A DNA stretch of 64,000 nucleotides from an uncultured Spirochaetota bacterium (GCA_963768665.1 CAVYIU010000009.1:434821-498820); one strand, 5' to 3'; shown: positions 34,401 to 43,916, numbered from the stretch's first letter. Notes: generated by a model not told the origin, from the letters alone. Numbers and translations: made by a program.

Positions 34401-34583
34401 CAGATGGCGAAAAGCCCTGTCGATGAGTGTCTTCATGCCTTCAGTCATGTAGTTTTCGAGAAAGAACTCTGCGCCGTTCACTTGTCCATTTAGAAATGTG
34501 TCCAGGTTCAGGACAGTGGCGCGGCGATCCTGACGAAACACAGATGGCCGAGGCTTGCAGACTGATGACAGTGAGTTTGACAC
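31496..34583 (-). CDS. DUF499-family P-loop ATPase (large, about 1029 aa); frameshift near 33830-33880
   Basis: Walker A QAMGGGKTHSM and Walker B IIILMDELSP near the N-terminus. Coding continues in ORF 31496..33877. The size matches DUF499 proteins (about 1000-1100 aa). Confidence 0.7.
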
Positions 34584-35386
34584 TGGCTACTCCAAATCTG
34601 AAGGCATCCTGTCTGCCAGAGATTTGTATCATCGTGAAGCATTAGAACCCGGTCTGTCAATATTGGGTACTGGTTGGACTGCGGCCGCTTCCAAGAACGA
34701 GAAAGAGAAGACAAGAATGCGAGCCCAGGATGTCCCGACGTGCCCCGCAGAGTCGCCGGTCTGACGGTAAGTGGCAAGAACTGACACGCCTGCCATAGCG
34801 TCAAGCCTGCGAACTTGTCGCTTTGTGCAACGGTGCTGCTGGGACCAGCGAAGGCCCGAGGCGCAGCTCTGCAACGACGGTGTGCAGTGAATATCCTTTC
34901 ACCCTATGCCGGCTTCCATCAGGCCCAGGGTGTGGCATGGCGAAAACCGCAGGTAGACAACAATTTCTTTCGGGGAAACCAGCTCTGCTCAACCACCCCG
35001 ATAGTGGCAAGGACGTCGACGCCTTACTGCATCTACGGCGCGGCCAGATTCGGCGCCTTGGGGAGGTGACTGCACCTTGCGAATAGCCAAGGGGTGAGAT
35101 CAAATGTCTCGACGGCCCGCCTCCTGGTCTTCGAACTCCTGCTACTATCCTTCTCTCGGCACGAAGTGGCCAAGGTGCCCTTGGATGACGAAAAGCCACG
35201 CGATCGGTTCCGGACATGATGGCCAGTGCAAAGCCTCCCAACGAGCGCGAGCAACTTGTGCACACGCGAAGAGGAGCGCGCACTGTGGTAAAGATCGCAA
35301 GAAGCTCAACTAACGGCTGATCCTGGCTAATCGGTCCACGGAGGTCCTGCAGTCTGAACCCGCGGCTTCGTGCAAGGTGCCTTTCA

Positions 35387-36523
35387 ATGCAGAGTGCCTC
35401 TCAGGAGCCACCAACGAGCAAGTCTTATCGCCTGCCCAAATTGTTTACAGAAGGCGTGCGATCCTCTAAACTCGTTGCCGACGAAAGAGGGGGCTGCACA
35501 ATGAGATCGCCTACGAAACAACTGTCCTTCCCGGTCTTGAAGTTTCTTCAAGGCAAGTACTCGTTAGTGGTGTTCTCTGCCGACGCCCGTACTATATGGA
35601 ATCACTTCGCAATCAATCGGCGCTTAGAGGACAAGGACGAGGGTTACCAGAGGACGCTAAAAGAAGGCCGCGTGAGGAAAATCGCCCGATACATAGAAAG
35701 CGGCAACGCACTTCCCCTTGGTATCCTCGTCTCTATGGAGAAAGGAAAATACAAGATCGAGGATGACCATATCGAGATAGTCGACGAGCCAGATGTTGGA
35801 TGGATTATTGACGGGCAGCATCGGGTTGCAGGTGCGCATGAGGCCAAGATCGAGATTGACATTCCGGTTGTCGCCTTTCTTGAGCTAGATCTCGAGGAGC
35901 AGATCAGACAGTTCGTAACGGTCAATAGGGAAGCCAAGGGAGTACCTGCTTCACTCTATTACGACCTCCTCTCACATCTTCCAGCGGTTAGTCCGGCGAA
36001 CAGAGCAAAGGAACGAGCAGTTGACATTGCGCATAGCCTGAGGGACAACGAGGAATCCCCGTTCTATTCCCGAATCGTTGCAATAACCAGCCCCAAACGG
36101 GGCGAACTGTCCTTGAGTACGTTTGCTTCCAAGGTCTCATCGCTCGTTGTCACGGACAAGGGGATCCTGTCTTCATACACTTTCGAAGAACAGAGCAGAA
36201 TTATCGACAATTACTACCGCGCAATGAAGAATGTCTTTCCAGCCCACTTCAAGGAAGAGGAGTCCGTATTCTTCAGGACTACCGGGTTTCGGGCACTGAT
36301 CCGTGTCTTTCCCTCGGTGTTCTCTTATGCCCTTAAAGCGCAGAAGGGATTCACTGTTGCAGATGTAATGCACGTATTGGGCAACATCAAAGACTTTGAC
36401 TTCGACACCTGGAAGAAGATCGGCACCGGGAATGCAGCTGAAATACAAGCTGCCGACGAACTCCGAAGCGAGATGGAGGACATGTATACCGAGAGCGGCG
36501 ACGCCGCAAAAATACGCCTGTGA
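35387..36523 (+). CDS. DGQHR-domain protein (DndB/ParB-like nuclease superfamily)
   Basis: Exact DGQHR motif in WIIDGQHRVAGAHEAK, with a preceding acidic strand. About 50% GC, well below the core. An alternative start is MRSPTKQ at 35498. Confidence 0.7.
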   Translation: MQSASQEPPTSKSYRLPKLFTEGVRSSKLVADERGGCTMRSPTKQLSFPVLKFLQGKYSLVVFSADARTIWNHFAINRRLEDKDEGYQRTLKEGRVRKIARYIESGNALPLGILVSMEKGKYKIEDDHIEIVDEPDVGWIIDGQHRVAGAHEAKIEIDIPVVAFLELDLEEQIRQFVTVNREAKGVPASLYYDLLSHLPAVSPANRAKERAVDIAHSLRDNEESPFYSRIVAITSPKRGELSLSTFASKVSSLVVTDKGILSSYTFEEQSRIIDNYYRAMKNVFPAHFKEEESVFFRTTGFRALIRVFPSVFSYALKAQKGFTVADVMHVLGNIKDFDFDTWKKIGTGNAAEIQAADELRSEMEDMYTESGDAAKIRL

Positions 36524-37446
36524 GAGATCTCCAACGAACAATTGGGCGCGTAGGATCGAGGGACTGGAAGGAAATATTCGGCTATTGGCAAAACGCGCTA
36601 TCGTCAATGTCATTCCCCATCGAAGACTTTGAGTCCCCTGGCTGTGGTCAGACCGATCTTATGGACCGCATTGGAGATGAGCTGGCCGAAATCGAGGCTA
36701 TCTCAACGAACAAGACGCACTTCAGGGGAGTGGAAGGAATTGAGTACAAGGTAATGACCGACGCTGTCGCGCTATTCTACAAATCACAAAATGCGATAAA
36801 GTCGGGGCAGTCCGATTTGCTTGCAGGCCTCAAGACGTGGAGCATCACGAACTACTACGAGGCGTCCTATCTCTCGACCAGATGCCTGCTGAATATGTTA
36901 GGCCTTCATGTGTGGCGAACTACAACGAATAGAGAACTCCTTATCGACCTATTTCCTCGAATTGAGAAGCGTCGCGGAGTTTTCATAGAGTCCCAGTTTC
37001 ACATTATTCGCCAAATGGACCACTGGGAAGTATGGGGTCTTCTTCAGAGGGTGCTTCGCACAACTGCAAATCTGCCGTTTGGGCGCGAGCTAATTGAAAG
37101 CGTTGGGAAAATCGAGTCGAAAGCGTTTGCAAAGCAGCGAAATCGAATCCTATATTCCGCACCACAATGGGTGTTCGGTGACCTAAAGAGCGAGTCACTC
37201 CCCCAGAACCTCGCAGAACTTGTGGGGACGGCAGAACTGAAGGATCTACTCGAAGGAGATCTTTCAACAGTAGTGATAGCCACAATGATGTTCATCGCAA
37301 CGGTCAAGCTGTTCCAGGCAATCGCTGAGGATAATCCGTCTCTCCGAATTGAGTTTTCCAAGATGACGGAAAGCTACTCCTCGGCCAGTAATGCAATGAC
37401 CTCGCAGTTCGAAGCATCGATTGCGGGCTTGTTCGCCACGACCTGA
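36520..37446 (+). CDS. hypothetical protein translationally coupled to the DGQHR gene
   Basis: GTG start overlapping the upstream stop (GTGA). 308 aa, about 50% GC, no recognisable domain. Confidence 0.5.
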   Translation: MRDLQRTIGRVGSRDWKEIFGYWQNALSSMSFPIEDFESPGCGQTDLMDRIGDELAEIEAISTNKTHFRGVEGIEYKVMTDAVALFYKSQNAIKSGQSDLLAGLKTWSITNYYEASYLSTRCLLNMLGLHVWRTTTNRELLIDLFPRIEKRRGVFIESQFHIIRQMDHWEVWGLLQRVLRTTANLPFGRELIESVGKIESKAFAKQRNRILYSAPQWVFGDLKSESLPQNLAELVGTAELKDLLEGDLSTVVIATMMFIATVKLFQAIAEDNPSLRIEFSKMTESYSSASNAMTSQFEASIAGLFATT

Positions 37447-38279
37447 CGCCAACAGCTCTTTCGTCTGGAACTATCCTTTACCTCTGGGCCTCGAGTACTT
37501 TCTCAATTCCCCTCCTCGGCGTGCAGATGCGGCGGATCTCGCTCAACGTGACGGGCGTGCGTCCCGACGGCGTCCCTCACGGCCGACCAATTGTGAAAAC
37601 TCGCTAAATGCCGTTGTTTTCTCTGGCGCAACCAACTTTAGCCCTCGCTGACGACATCAAGTGAAATAGTCAGCGGGCCACCGTAATGAGCGGTGACAAG
37701 GGAACTGCGGTTCCTCGTGCTCCGCGCGATGCGATAGGGCCATCGGGTGTGAGGCAGCCCTCTCAGAACCCGTTCTCAACGCCCGAAGGTATTGATGGCG
37801 GGCTTGCAGCGAGCCCGCCGGGGTGTTGCCACGTGATTTGATGGGGAGTCTGCTGGGTCGCTCCAAACATTGCGGCGCGCCGCGGGGGGCGCAGTGGCTG
37901 ACCAATGCCAGATGCACCAACGCAGCGCCGCGAGTTGACAACGGTCTGTACGCCTTTGCTCACGCTCGCAACGCTCTCTTCGGATGAGGATTTCGATCTC
38001 CTTCGTTGAACCCCTTCCATGCTCGCCTGCCCTTGCCGCCTCGACGGATGCGTTGAGGGCGAGGAAGTTCGTCGGTGTTTCGTCTTCCTATGCAGGATCC
38101 GCAAATCTGAGGATCACGTCGTGCAAGCGACGCAAGCTGAGTGCAGGCCAAGGCGAGCTACGATCGGCCGCCTTGCTCACTTCGTCGGCGCCCCGGGCGA
38201 CTGTTCGCCCGTAGCAAATGTCCTGAGGAGTCGCCCCGCGGCGCGGGGCTTCAAAGGACTCGGTTTCGGTGAGGATCGC

Positions 38280-39101
38280 TTATCGGGCGGACTTCAAAGC
38301 ATCTAAGGCGAGACCGACTGCCGTGACATGGATGGAGGCGCCGGAAATCGCGTCGGAGGTACCGTCAGCCCTTACAGCGATCTTGGCTGGATCCTGGGCT
38401 TTCAGAATGGCGTCTTGCACCGCGGCGGCCTGGACATTCCACTCGCCCTTTTTGGCTGCCGCGGCCAGTCCGTAGCGACCTCCGAGGGCTTCCACGAGCT
38501 TCGATTTCTTGGTGGCGTCCTTGTAGGTGGCGTTCCACAGCACATCGACAATGGTGCCATTCACCACGGTAATAAGCACCGAGTCCTTCCACCCCGAGGT
38601 GGCGTCGAACGTCGCCTGCTCTTTGAAGAACCAGCCGTCCTTCCTGTAAATGCCTTTAGCGACAGGGCCCGCAGCGATGGCCTTATTCACAAGAACGAAA
38701 AAATTGGCTACGTGAAGTGAGGCGCCAGAAATCGCGTCAGTGGTTCCGTCGGTCTTGATCTTGTTGAAAGCCACGTCCTGCGTCTTGATCAAGTATGCTT
38801 CGACGTTTGCCGCCTCTTGGTTCCATTCCAGCCCGAGCTTGGACGCCTTGATCATTCCGTAGCCCCCCGCAGCCGCCACGGTCTTCTTGTCCGCTACGCC
38901 CGTGTTGGAGACTCCGTTCCAGTTCACCTTAATGATCTTGCCACCTGAAACGGTGACCACGACCTGCTCTTTCCAGCCGCTGTCAGGAGCGAAGTTCGCG
39001 TCCTGCGCGAAGTACACGCCGTCCTTTGCTTTGGCCTGCGCGAAAGTAAGGCCGGAAGCAACGACCGCAAAGAGCAAGCCTATTGCGATGGTCTTTTTCA
39101 T
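38280..39101 (-). CDS. secreted/lipoprotein with two FMN-binding domains (PplA-like extracellular flavoprotein)
   Basis: Signal/lipoprotein peptide MKKTIAIGLLFAVVASGLTFAQA. Two repeats each carry the flavinylation-type motif TDAISGASLH / SDAISGASIH. The likely real start is at 39101. Confidence 0.65.
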   Translation of the reverse strand: MKKTIAIGLLFAVVASGLTFAQAKAKDGVYFAQDANFAPDSGWKEQVVVTVSGGKIIKVNWNGVSNTGVADKKTVAAAGGYGMIKASKLGLEWNQEAANVEAYLIKTQDVAFNKIKTDGTTDAISGASLHVANFFVLVNKAIAAGPVAKGIYRKDGWFFKEQATFDATSGWKDSVLITVVNGTIVDVLWNATYKDATKKSKLVEALGGRYGLAAAAKKGEWNVQAAAVQDAILKAQDPAKIAVRADGTSDAISGASIHVTAVGLALDALKSAR

Positions 39102-39968
39102 GAAACAGTCCTCCTCGGGGGGTGTAGGCCCCAACGATAGTGCAAAGAGTGGAACGTGTCAACCGCAAAGGAGGCAGCGAGTGCCGAGTTGCGAACGGTT
39201 TGCCCAACGAATATACAACGCTGCGGTCAGCCGCTAAGTAGGAAGGCCAGTAATGACTGCGGCTTCATGGTTCCAAACATATCGACGTCGAAGGACTGGA
39301 CGACACATTCCTCTCTCCAGACTGCTGGGACTTTGCCCATTCTACTTTCCTCCCGCAGGAACTCTCCGTCGCAGGGTCTGCGCTCATCAATTCGGCTGAG
39401 CCCGATTCGCCAAAACAACTGGTATTTCAGAGCTTGCGCCCAGGTACCCCAACGATCGTGTTGGGCAGTGGACGGCTTAAATCACGGTCTCTCCAATCCT
39501 GTGCTAGGTCAAGTCGCCTTTTTCGCAGTTGGGCGATTTCGCCCATTTGGGGCAGCGCTTTTTCCTTGCCCGCCGGGGACTGTTTTGTCGCATGGATGCC
39601 GAGATCGCTGAGTCGTTCTCCCCTGCCTTTGGACACGACGTCCGACGTGGTGCGGACGGGCGTCCCTCCCATTGCAACGGTTCGGCGGTAGTGGCAAGAA
39701 CAAGTTCGCCATGGTGACGAACACCTTGTAGCTCGAGCAGAAACTCGTCGGTTAGGGTTGGGTGTCATATTCCGCGGGTTGTCGTCAACGTAGCCAGGTT
39801 GCGGCGGCACGCCCACCCTTGGATACACCCTTTCCCATGACAGGAGTGCCACTTGAAGGGCTTGGCTCATCTCTTGCTGCCTTCCGATAGGTCGACCTCT
39901 CCAATAGCTTGATATCCTACAACCACTGAATATGATGTTAGGCTGCCCCAAGAAAAGGACTGCACACA

Positions 39969-40880
39969 ATGCCAAAAAGGACGAACGCATTCCAGCGGCT
40001 AATCCTCGCCATATACGAGCAACTGAGCGCGCCGGGTGGCTCGATCACCGAGTCGGCCATGCTACCCGAGCGCTCTGGCGGAACCCTCCGCGAGGTAGAC
40101 ATCCTGCTTCAATCTCGGCTCTTCGGCATCGACCTTAAGATCGCGGTCGAGTGCAGAGGACGCAAGGACCGAGATGACGTCACATGGATCGACGACCTAA
40201 TAGGCAAGTACCACGACTTGCCGGTCGACAAGGTCATTGCCGTATCAAAGTCAGGCTTCAGTGCCGGGGCAGCCGCCAAGGCTGCAGCATTCCGTATAGA
40301 GACACTTACCCTGACGAAGGCGTTGGAGACCAACTGGCCGGCTCAGTTCGCAAAACTGGGCCTCGCCCTGTTGACCCGACAAGACATACCAGTGTCGGTC
40401 GCCATAGCTACTTCCCCAGCGGCGCCTCTTACCCTGACGCCATCGACAATCGTCTTTGGTGGGGACGGAACTCCTTTAGGTGGAATAGAAGGATTGGGCC
40501 AAGCCCTGTATCGGCAAAAGCTTCCCGACATACACAAGGCTGTGCTCGAAAACGCACCCCGCCTTCTCAAGACGCTGCAAGACGTAAAGGAGAAACGCCT
40601 GTCGCTCGAGATGACGCATGGCCTCTCATCGCCGTGCTATGTCGTAGCGGATGATGGTAGCACCAAGCTTTACATACAGACCGTTACCGTGCAGCTGCAA
40701 TGTGCCTTCACCGTTGAACTGCTGAAAGTCGACCATTACGTTCTTGGGAACTCTCAGATTACGACGGCTACCGCGGGGCCGCCAGGACAACCAGTATCGC
40801 TCGTGGCTGTCCAGTCTACAGACAAGCCAAACCAGGCAACCTTCCGGATAACCGGACAGCCGAACTGGCCCTCCACATAG
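39969..40880 (+). CDS. restriction-endonuclease-like (Mrr-cat, PD-(D/E)xK) domain protein with uncharacterised C-terminal domain
   Basis: N-terminal EVDILL ... IAVECRGRK ... fits a PD-(D/E)xK core. It is flanked by low-coding sequence. Confidence 0.45.
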   Translation: MPKRTNAFQRLILAIYEQLSAPGGSITESAMLPERSGGTLREVDILLQSRLFGIDLKIAVECRGRKDRDDVTWIDDLIGKYHDLPVDKVIAVSKSGFSAGAAAKAAAFRIETLTLTKALETNWPAQFAKLGLALLTRQDIPVSVAIATSPAAPLTLTPSTIVFGGDGTPLGGIEGLGQALYRQKLPDIHKAVLENAPRLLKTLQDVKEKRLSLEMTHGLSSPCYVVADDGSTKLYIQTVTVQLQCAFTVELLKVDHYVLGNSQITTATAGPPGQPVSLVAVQSTDKPNQATFRITGQPNWPST

Positions 40881-41096
40881 AGATCACCCAAGTATAGCGT
40901 AGTCGAGGGTCAGCCTAACACCTATAACAACGCCGCTTGTCAATGAGTATCTGGTGCACCTCCTCGTACGTCCTCAACTACGAATCACGCCGGTCTTCGC
41001 CGTAAACACCTATGCGCCCTCTCTGGGGCATGATCACCTGCAGCAGGAGAGTCACAATCATGTCGCGTGTCTCGTGGACACATGTTAGGCACGTGC

Positions 41097-42155
41097 TCAC
41101 CCCTGCCTCGGTGAGACCTTTTCTGGTTCTTTGTACGGCTCGTTCTTCTTCAGCACCCAGAACGCGGACTCTGCCAGGTGCCGAGCCACAGCACCTATGG
41201 CTACCGAGGAGCCCTTTCGCCCGCGAACATGAAGGTACAGCCTGGCGCAGTGTCGCGTGCTCCACCCCCGCTGAGCATGGTGAGCGGCCACCGCATTGGC
41301 CGCTTCGATGAAAGCCCACTTCAGGTACTGGTTGCTTTCGGTTCTCATCCTGCCGTAGTGTGTCTTGCCTCCGCTGGAGCTCACGCGGGGGGTCGTGCCC
41401 GAATAGCTGGAGAACTGTGGGGCACAGGGAAAGCGCTCGATGGTGCCCACCTCCCGCTCGATGACGATGGACAGGATGTCTGCCACCCCTGGCAGACTCT
41501 TCAGCAGCCGCATGTTCGGGGTAAGGGCAATCTGCTCGCGAATGCGCTCTTCCAGTTCAGCGATCTGCAGGCTGAGGAAGTCCAGCAGTTGCAGGTGCTG
41601 CGACAGACAGCGCCCTGTCTCAGAAGGGAGGCGGGCAACAGTTGTCTCAAGCCATGCTCGACCCCCCTTGGAGAACACGCTCACCCCCTCCGCGGGTGAC
41701 AGGGCGTACTTGGAAAGCAGAGAGTGGATACGATTTTTGATGGATGTACGCCACGCGCACAGAGCCACGCGCGTACGAGGCAACTCGCGTTGGTCACGGA
41801 GATTCGCCGGTGGCAGCCAGACCGAGGGCAGGCTGCCGAGTCTCAAAAGAGTGGCCAGTCCGTTGGCATCCAGTTTGTCGGTCTTGTTGACGTGACCCAT
41901 GAGAAGCTTTGCCTTGGAAGGGTTGGTGAGCAGGGGCTGGCACCCTGCAGCTTCGATCTCATCGGCGATCCAGTACCAGTTGCCCACGCACTCCAAGGCC
42001 ACGGGGGTGCCGCTGGGAAAGCGAGAGAAGAATGAGGACACCGCACCGGGCTGGTGGTTGAGGCGGACACGATCAAGGACTTGGCCCGCGGCGTCCTGGA
42101 CCTCAAGCTGGGAATAGTGCTTGTGCGCGTCACACCCGATGGAAAGCGATTGCAT
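41097..42155 (-). CDS. IS110-family transposase
   Basis: N-terminal DEDD-type LSIGCDAHKHYSQLEV. C-terminal Transposase_20-like LLKSLPGVADILSIVIEREVGTIERF. About 350 aa. Confidence 0.8.
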   Translation of the reverse strand: MQSLSIGCDAHKHYSQLEVQDAAGQVLDRVRLNHQPGAVSSFFSRFPSGTPVALECVGNWYWIADEIEAAGCQPLLTNPSKAKLLMGHVNKTDKLDANGLATLLRLGSLPSVWLPPANLRDQRELPRTRVALCAWRTSIKNRIHSLLSKYALSPAEGVSVFSKGGRAWLETTVARLPSETGRCLSQHLQLLDFLSLQIAELEERIREQIALTPNMRLLKSLPGVADILSIVIEREVGTIERFPCAPQFSSYSGTTPRVSSSGGKTHYGRMRTESNQYLKWAFIEAANAVAAHHAQRGWSTRHCARLYLHVRGRKGSSVAIGAVARHLAESAFWVLKKNEPYKEPEKVSPRQG

Positions 42156-42401
42156 AGCGAACCTCCTCGCGGGCACAAAAGGCCCGACTACGCTCGACTG
42201 TAGCGAGGAATGCCGCGCTGTGATATTATCATGTCGTTGCAGTTGTCGCCTTAACGTGGTTATTCGTGCGGCGGGGGCGGTCTAGGAGCGCGTAGGGTAT
42301 AGCAGGGACGCGATGGACCTCTGCGGCAGCTGGCTGCCGATCGAGCCCAGGGCGCCGCGTTCATCTGGTAGTGAACTCTCACATCCCGTCCTCTTTGGTG
42401 G

Positions 42402-43916
42402 CTACCCCATGCACGGAAGCTCATGCAACGCGTTTTCAGGGCCTTCAATCATCCTGTGACGGAACAGTTTCAGCAGATTGTGCGTCAGGCAGACGAAGGC
42501 CCATTCGCGGCGCACCTTCGCGCGCCCGCGTTGTGAGAACCTACGGAAGCCGCGCGCCTGCTCAATCTGCCCGAAGACGGGTTCCACGATCACCTTGCGC
42601 CGTGAATACACCAACTTGCCCGCGCTCCCTTTCAGTTTCTCACGCATGAGAGTCTTGGGACTCTGCTGCCCAGCAGAACCCCCCGATGGGACGGCGGCCT
42701 CAGTCCTCTCGCGGCCGACGGCGATGTAGGGATCAATCCCACGCTCCTGCACCTTTTGCACGTTGTCTGCTGAAAAGTAGCCGCTATCAGCCAGAAGCCT
42801 CTGGGGCCGCTGGGCATGCATGCTGAGCATTCTCTCCACCATCGGCACCAGGTACTCCTGGTCGGGAGACTGGTTGCTCACCCCGTGGGCGATGATCACC
42901 TGGTGAGCTGCATCCACGATGACCTGTGCGTTGTAGGCCTGGATGTAGGCCCCGTCCTTGACCATGATGCAGCTCTCTGGATCTGTGAAGTTGCGTTGCG
43001 CTGCCGCCTTGGGCTTGCCGTCCATCTCGCTGGCTACCCGATGCAAGGGCAACTCTGGCTGCCTACTTCCCTTCTTCTTTTCGCTGTTCCTCTCGGGAGC
43101 AAGGGCGTCGGCCTGCTGGCTGGCTTTCGCCGCGCGGGTGCGTGCACGTTTGCGCTCGTGGTCCGCCAGCGCTTCGCCCTCGCTTTTGGCGCTCTGCCGC
43201 TGGGCCTGCTCGCGCAACTCCTCAGCTCTGGTTTCGGCGGCTTCCTTTTCCAAGGCGGCCTTCGCCTCGCGAAGCCGCAGCAAGCGTGTCTCCCGTCGGG
43301 CCAATTCCTCAGGCAGATCCTCTTTGTCCTGCCCGGGCCCGTACAACTCATCCTCCTCCCGATCCACCTCATCGGCGCGTCGCAGCAGCTCCGCCACCTG
43401 CTCCTGTAGACGTTTCTCTTCCTCGTTCATCCGCTTGTAGCTCATCGCCTTGTGCTTGCTCGCTGCCGCCTTGATCTTCGCCCCATCCAGCGCTACTGCC
43501 CCCAGCTTCACCAGTCCGGCCTCCTGGCACAGGCGCAGCGCCTCCACGAACAGCCTGCCCAGCGCTTCCCCGTGCTCCAGTCGAAACTGGTTGATCGTGG
43601 TGAAGTGCGGATGCTGGCCACCACTGATCACTCGAAAAGCCACATCTTCATGCGTGGCCCGCGCAATTCGCCGAGAGGAGAACACCCCAACACTATATCC
43701 ATACACCAGAAGCCCCGTCATCATTCCGATCGCGTAGGGCCTCTCCCCGCGGTGATCCTTGCGTTGGACCTCATCCTCGATCTCGCCCAGATTCATCTGC
43801 TCCATCACATCCAGCACGAAGTAGGCCAGGTGTTTCGGGGGCAGCCATTCCAGCGGAGACGGGGGCAATAGGTATGGTTGTCGCGGCTCCCAAGGGCGAT
43901 AGTTTTTCTCTCCCAC
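42402..43916 (-). CDS. IS1182-family (IS5-related) DDE transposase
   Basis: N-terminal DUF772-like region (LLPPSPLEWLPPKHLAYFVLDVM ... MMTGLLVYGYSVGVFSSRRI), a K/E-rich coiled-coil middle, and a C-terminal DDE region (LLADSGYFS). 504 aa. Confidence 0.75.
   Translation of the reverse strand: MGEKNYRPWEPRQPYLLPPSPLEWLPPKHLAYFVLDVMEQMNLGEIEDEVQRKDHRGERPYAIGMMTGLLVYGYSVGVFSSRRIARATHEDVAFRVISGGQHPHFTTINQFRLEHGEALGRLFVEALRLCQEAGLVKLGAVALDGAKIKAAASKHKAMSYKRMNEEEKRLQEQVAELLRRADEVDREEDELYGPGQDKEDLPEELARRETRLLRLREAKAALEKEAAETRAEELREQAQRQSAKSEGEALADHERKRARTRAAKASQQADALAPERNSEKKKGSRQPELPLHRVASEMDGKPKAAAQRNFTDPESCIMVKDGAYIQAYNAQVIVDAAHQVIIAHGVSNQSPDQEYLVPMVERMLSMHAQRPQRLLADSGYFSADNVQKVQERGIDPYIAVGRERTEAAVPSGGSAGQQSPKTLMREKLKGSAGKLVYSRRKVIVEPVFGQIEQARGFRRFSQRGRAKVRREWAFVCLTHNLLKLFRHRMIEGPENALHELPCMG

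Noticed and set aside
34801-35283. 160-aa minus-strand ORF inside the long leader
   Set aside because: Low-complexity (R/P/G/S-rich) with no domain. Treated as non-coding.
39427-39990. 187-aa minus-strand ORF
   Set aside because: Arg/Pro-rich, no motifs. It overlaps the start of the Mrr-like gene. Likely non-coding.
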